Shown piece by piece: positions 60,021 to 64,000 of a stretch of 64,000 nucleotides of DNA (position 1 is the stretch's first letter; each line of letters opens with the position of its first letter). Origin of the DNA: Clostridia bacterium (GTDB lineage: Bacteria > Bacillota > Clostridia > Acetivibrionales > DTU013); assembly GCA_036260935.1 (NCBI GenBank), contig DATALQ010000014.1, positions 73,432 through 137,431 on the forward strand. The letters run 5' to 3'. The position numbers and the translations under genes were made by a program. The notes under the pieces were generated by a model that ran no database searches, was not told the origin of the DNA, and saw only the letters and a program-made list of their open reading frames with translations.

Positions 60021-61196
60021 TCATACGTGCCTGAGCGCGTCTATCGGGTTCAGTCTGCTTGCCTTTCTTGCCGGAGCAAATCCGAAGACAACGCCGACTA
60101 TGCTTGAAAATCCGACAGCGAGTACAACGGTCCAGATAGAGAATGGGAAAGGAAAGCCTATGAGCACAGCTGCAGCCGCGGCGATAAGCAGCCCGAGAAC
60201 CATACCGATGATGCCTCCGAACAGTGATATGAATATGGATTCCATCAGGAACTGCAGCTGTATCCGCGAAGGCTCCGCTCCAAGCGCTTTTCTGAGGCCT
60301 ATTTCCGTCGTCCGCTCGGTCACTGAGACAAGCATCATATTCATTATGCCTATACCGCCCACGATCAGGGAAATCGAAGCGATGCCTGCCAGCAGTAGCG
60401 ACATCATACCTGTAATGTTTCCCAGCGCACTAATGATATCCTGCATGTTGTAGACCTTGAAGGTATTGTCGTGGTAATTGAACGCCTGGTTCAGCACATT
60501 ATTGATAGATGATATGATTTCGTCAGATCTGGCCGGTTCGGACATATATACTTCGACGCTTGATATTGTGCTGACGCCAAGGTCGCTCATTGCAGCCGTA
60601 TACGGTATCAGAACCGCGTCGTTCGTAGAAGTCGTGCTAAACCCGCTCTGTGCCTTTAATACGCCAATGATCGTATATGTTTCACCATTAACAAGCAACT
60701 GTCTTCCAATCGGTTGAATGCCGAAGAACATATCCCGTTCGATCTGGCTACCTATCACTGCTACCCGGTTTTTACAGTTTACATCCAGGATATTGATGCC
60801 TCTTCCGGCCCTGATGGTATCGGAGTTCTTTCTGAAGTAATAATCGTTCCTGCCCTGAACCGATACGCCCGTTTCGACTGTCTTGCCGAATACTATAGAG
60901 GAACTCCCCGGGACAGTCGGGGAAACCCCGCTTACATATTCCAGACTGGAAAGCTTTTGCAGGTCCTGGGTGTTGAGGCCCCTTTTGAGCGGTGTCCCGG
61001 CTGCCTGTATAATCAGCTTGTCTGCGCCGAGTGCTGATATCTGGCTGGTTATGCTTGATGTTGCGCCCTGCACGATGCTGATCAGTGCAATTATCGATGC
61101 AATGCCTATCACGATGCCGAGTACCGTCAGAAAGGAACGCATCTTGTTATGTATTATGTTGCCCCATGACATTTTTATGCTTTCCTTCAGCATCAA
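60021..61196 (-). CDS. ABC transporter permease, MacB/FtsX type
   Basis: TM1, a large extracytoplasmic domain, then 3 TM. The motif IGLRKALGA is present, and the C-terminal PARKASRLNPIDALR is typical of MacB-like permeases. Confidence 0.9.
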   Translation of the reverse strand: MMLKESIKMSWGNIIHNKMRSFLTVLGIVIGIASIIALISIVQGATSSITSQISALGADKLIIQAAGTPLKRGLNTQDLQKLSSLEYVSGVSPTVPGSSSIVFGKTVETGVSVQGRNDYYFRKNSDTIRAGRGINILDVNCKNRVAVIGSQIERDMFFGIQPIGRQLLVNGETYTIIGVLKAQSGFSTTSTNDAVLIPYTAAMSDLGVSTISSVEVYMSEPARSDEIISSINNVLNQAFNYHDNTFKVYNMQDIISALGNITGMMSLLLAGIASISLIVGGIGIMNMMLVSVTERTTEIGLRKALGAEPSRIQLQFLMESIFISLFGGIIGMVLGLLIAAAAAVLIGFPFPFSIWTVVLAVGFSSIVGVVFGFAPARKASRLNPIDALRHV

Positions 61197-61876
61197 ACCG
61201 GTCCTCCCTCGCTGAGCCGCCCGTCCAGAATATTTACTATTCGTCCTGCATGCGCTGCTATGTTGATATCGTGTGTGATCATGATAATTGTGCGGCCTTC
61301 GGAATTCAGTTCCTCAAACAGCTCCATTATCTGAAGTCCCGATTTTTGGTCGAGTGCGCCGGTAGGCTCGTCTGCCAGCAATATAGCAGGCTCGGTCACC
61401 ACAGACCGGGCTATTGCCACACGCTGCTGCTGTCCGCCTGAAAGCTGGTTCGGATAACTGTTGACCTTATCCGCCAGCCCTACTCGCTCAAGAATTGCCG
61501 CTGCCTTTTCTTCACGTTCTGAAGGCGGGGTTTGGGAATATATCAGTGGCAGCTCGACGTTTTCTAGTGCATTTAGTCTGGGAAGCAGCTGAAAATTCTG
61601 AAATATGAAACCGATCTCCCTGTTTCGAATCCTTGCAAGTTCTATTTCATTCAGTTCTTCGACATCCTGACCGTGCAGGATATAGCTTCCGCTCGTGGCG
61701 ACGTCGAGACAGCCTACTATATTCATCAGGGTTGATTTACCTGAGCCGGAAGGGCCAAGAACGGAAACGAATTCTCCTGCGCATACTTTCAGGTTGACAT
61801 GATCGAGAGCCAATTGCCCTGTCTCTCCAACATAATAATATTTGACGATATCCCGCATATCGAGGATCTCTTTCAT
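61193..61876 (-). CDS. ABC transporter ATP-binding protein, MacB type
   Basis: Walker [10 protein letters not shown], signature LSGGQQQR, Walker [13 protein letters not shown]. 4-nt overlaps on both sides. Confidence 0.9.
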   Translation of the reverse strand: MKEILDMRDIVKYYYVGETGQLALDHVNLKVCAGEFVSVLGPSGSGKSTLMNIVGCLDVATSGSYILHGQDVEELNEIELARIRNREIGFIFQNFQLLPRLNALENVELPLIYSQTPPSEREEKAAAILERVGLADKVNSYPNQLSGGQQQRVAIARSVVTEPAILLADEPTGALDQKSGLQIMELFEELNSEGRTIIMITHDINIAAHAGRIVNILDGRLSEGGPV

Positions 61877-62916
61877 CGGTTGCCTCCGCTGCCGGTGGAG
61901 CCTGTACCGGGCACGCTGCTGTCGGAGCTGACGTTACCGGAGCTGTTCGAACTGCCTCCGGCGCTGTTTGGAGCACTGCCGGTACCGGCGCCTCCAGTAC
62001 TGTTGCTTCCGGTACCGTTGCCGCTGCTTCCACGGTTTCCTCTCAAACCTCTGAACATGCCTCCGAAAGGTCCGCCTGTCGCGGATGCGGCTGACGCTGC
62101 AGCAGGGACCAGTATGGTGTCGCCGTTGATCAATCCTCTGGTGATCTGTACATTTGTCCCGTCGTTTATGCCGAGTGTAATACCGACCTGTTTTATCCCC
62201 CTGCCCTCGCGCATAAATACGAAGGGATCGTTGTCCCGGTTGAATTGTATTGCTGTCATCGGCAACATTACCGTATTTTTGGCTCTTTTGTCCAAAATTC
62301 TTGCCTGGGCGGACATTCCGACCATAAGGTCGTTATCGGATGGTAATGAAATAATCGAATTAAAATAGGTGACCCCGTTCTGATATATGCCATCCCTGGA
62401 AACGCTGTCCACGGTCCCCGCTATATCCCTGGCGAGGGCATTTATGGTAACTGTTGCGGCTTTGCCGACCGTTACCGCCGAGATATCGTATTCGTCTACC
62501 TGGACGGCCATCTGCAGATTGGCGTAATCCACGACCTTGCACAACTGGGCTCCGGGTGTCAGCTGTGCGTTAGGTACGGCGTCTAGCTGAGAAACTGTAC
62601 CATCAAAAGGTGCGGTGATTTTTTGCCCCGCTGTAGTCTTCATAAGGATGTCGCCGCTTTTAACGGACTGTCCTTTGGATACTTCGATCGTTTTTATCTG
62701 GAGCGCTCTGTCCGCGTAAAGTATTTGACTTTTTTTCGCTGCGACATAGCCGGAAAAGCTGTAATAAGTAGTGATATCGCCTGTTGCTGTCTTCACTTCG
62801 GTAAAACCGGCGCCGATGGGTCTGAAAATGCGCAATGCGGTAAAGCAAATAATCAACAGGGCTGCTACAGTCCATATTATTATTTTGGCTCTGGACTTCT
62901 TTTTCTTCTTCATCAT
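61873..62916 (-). CDS. Efflux periplasmic adaptor (HlyD/MacA family) with a Gly/Ser/Asn-rich C-terminal tail
   Basis: An N-terminal TM anchor, a lipoyl/beta-barrel adaptor-like body, then about 75 residues of low-complexity G/S/N/T sequence. Confidence 0.8.
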   Translation of the reverse strand: MMKKKKKSRAKIIIWTVAALLIICFTALRIFRPIGAGFTEVKTATGDITTYYSFSGYVAAKKSQILYADRALQIKTIEVSKGQSVKSGDILMKTTAGQKITAPFDGTVSQLDAVPNAQLTPGAQLCKVVDYANLQMAVQVDEYDISAVTVGKAATVTINALARDIAGTVDSVSRDGIYQNGVTYFNSIISLPSDNDLMVGMSAQARILDKRAKNTVMLPMTAIQFNRDNDPFVFMREGRGIKQVGITLGINDGTNVQITRGLINGDTILVPAAASAASATGGPFGGMFRGLRGNRGSSGNGTGSNSTGGAGTGSAPNSAGGSSNSSGNVSSDSSVPGTGSTGSGGNR

Positions 62917-63031
62917 GCTATGTTGCTCGTAAAGTGCATTTTATATTCCGAAGGGAGCCATAATGGCTATTTTTCGTCCCGGCCTTTCACCCGGCTTAGT
63001 ATAATTGATATAATTATGCTGGAGGTATTTT

Positions 63032-63760
63032 ATGAAGGGCTTATTGACAGAAATAAAAATAGACGAACGAAATTGCAGACTGTATCTGCCGCCGGGTTAC
63101 AACGGCTCAGGCTGCAGCTATCCTGTCGTCTATATGAACGGTACGGAGGAGATTTGCGACATCATGGAAAGGATCGAGCCACATATCGAAGCCGATTGTG
63201 AGGCTTTTATTCTGCTTGCAGCCGAACCGCTGGAATGGAACGACGATTTCTCCCCATGGCCTGCACCGGCCTTGTCGGATAAAAGCAGAGGTTTCGGAGG
63301 TTGTGCGGCAGCATACCTCGAATTTCTCAGCCAAACTGTGAAGCCATACCTGGACGCTTCCTTCCATACCAGGCAGGAACCTGAAAATACCGCCATTATT
63401 GGATATTCTCTCGGTGGCTTGGCCGCACTTTTAGCTATGTATACCTGCCCTATTTTCGGCAGATTCGCCAGTCTGTCCGGATCTCTGTGGTTCGACGGCT
63501 GGGCCGGGTTTATGGAGTCCGGCACTCTGAAAAGAACCGACTCGCGGGTTTACATATCTTTAGGAAAGGGTGAAACGCGCAGCCGTAACCCCAGAATGGC
63601 GTCGGTCGGCGAAAATACGATGAAAACCGCCGAAATTTTGAAAACGCGGCTTTTCGGGGGAGGAAACCTGCTTTTCAGGCTGAATGAGGGAGGACATTTT
63701 ACCGATATAGCCGGCAGGCATGAACTTGCGTTGACATGGCTTATGAAACCATGGCTCTAA
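63032..63760 (+). CDS. Alpha/beta hydrolase, putative-esterase (esterase D / IroE-like) family
   Basis: Nucleophile elbow IIGYSLGGLAAL and a late GGH motif (NEGGHF). Confidence 0.75.
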   Translation: MKGLLTEIKIDERNCRLYLPPGYNGSGCSYPVVYMNGTEEICDIMERIEPHIEADCEAFILLAAEPLEWNDDFSPWPAPALSDKSRGFGGCAAAYLEFLSQTVKPYLDASFHTRQEPENTAIIGYSLGGLAALLAMYTCPIFGRFASLSGSLWFDGWAGFMESGTLKRTDSRVYISLGKGETRSRNPRMASVGENTMKTAEILKTRLFGGGNLLFRLNEGGHFTDIAGRHELALTWLMKPWL

Positions 63761-63861
63761 AGCTTTCAATGTAACAAAATCAGTTAAAATAATTCCTGTT
63801 CAAATTGTCGAAAATAAAAGTAAACATAAAAACTGACGATACTGGACGGGAGGTTTCGGTA

Positions 63862-64000
63862 ATGAAGATCCATAAAAAAGATGTTGAGCTTGCGCAGTCA
63901 TTCGATATAAATGACATTTCCTTTGACAATGTAAGCAGGAAATTCGAGGAAAACTTCAGAACACAATATGCAGATGCATTGGATAAAATTTCGGACAACA
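63862..64000 (+). CDS. Unknown protein, 3'-truncated by the window edge
   Basis: ATG preceded by GGGAGG 8 nt upstream. The frame is open for 46 codons to the window end (MKIHKKDVELAQSFDINDISFDNV...). It is too short to classify. Confidence 0.4.
   Translation, partial: MKIHKKDVELAQSFDINDISFDNVSRKFEENFRTQYADALDKISDN

Noticed and set aside
1-64000. Mobile elements, prophage, a defence island, or tRNA or rRNA genes.
   Set aside because: I recognised no integrase, transposase, recombinase, restriction-modification, toxin-antitoxin, Cas or structural RNA signatures on either strand. Composition appears broadly uniform apart from AT-rich intergenic regions.

Overview
This is a gene-dense chromosomal segment with the look of a motile, spore-forming, plant-polysaccharide-degrading Firmicute. 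That placement is inferred from Clostridia-type gene content: a microcompartment (BMC) locus, chemotaxis receptors (MCPs), a YlbF-family gene, Shine-Dalgarno sites of the GGAGG type, and TTG/GTG starts. I found no rRNA, tRNA, CRISPR array, transposase, integrase or phage genes.

Gene order:
- **1-3800:** the 3' end of a BMC locus, with PduL, an unknown protein carrying an encapsulation-peptide-like N-terminus, two tandem EutN/PduN pentamer genes, an iron alcohol dehydrogenase and a triosephosphate isomerase paralog.
- **3.9-5.1 kb:** an MFS transporter.
- **5.4-17.7 kb:** a LacI-headed operon with a sugar-type ABC importer followed by six hydrolases and no glycoside hydrolase. There are three alpha/beta esterase-fold proteins, two of which carry degenerate catalytic motifs, and three beta-lactamase-fold serine hydrolases.
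- **17.7-19.7 kb:** a TetR-GT1 glycosyltransferase pair with a perfect palindromic operator.
- **19.9-29.3 kb:** a ChvE/GguAB-like monosaccharide ABC transporter, a binding-protein/LytS-type kinase/AraC-type response-regulator sensor, and an orphan XylF-like binding protein.
- **29.4-33.5 kb:** a 7-TM LuxR-type regulator with a MacB/FtsX-type ABC pair.
- **33.6-36.9 kb:** two MCPs and a small partner protein.
- **37.1-41.1 kb:** a translationally coupled methyltransferase / Cys-rich FAD-linked oxidase / stand-alone thioester-reductase operon. This is my best candidate for an uncharacterised pathway.
- **41.1-44.5 kb:** a DeoR-controlled nitrilase-family plus serine-hydrolase pair.
- **44.5-53.5 kb:** GH27, an ABC importer, an atypical FMN alpha-hydroxy-acid-oxidase-like gene and a GH115 alpha-glucuronidase.
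- **53.7-64 kb:** MATE, a YlbF-like gene, a small protein with a Tyr/Gly/Pro-rich N-terminus and PFFH repeats, PAP2, DagK, HD hydrolase, MFS, a MacAB-like tripartite efflux operon and one more esterase.

All functional calls come from reading the translations by eye against remembered family motifs. No database search was run.
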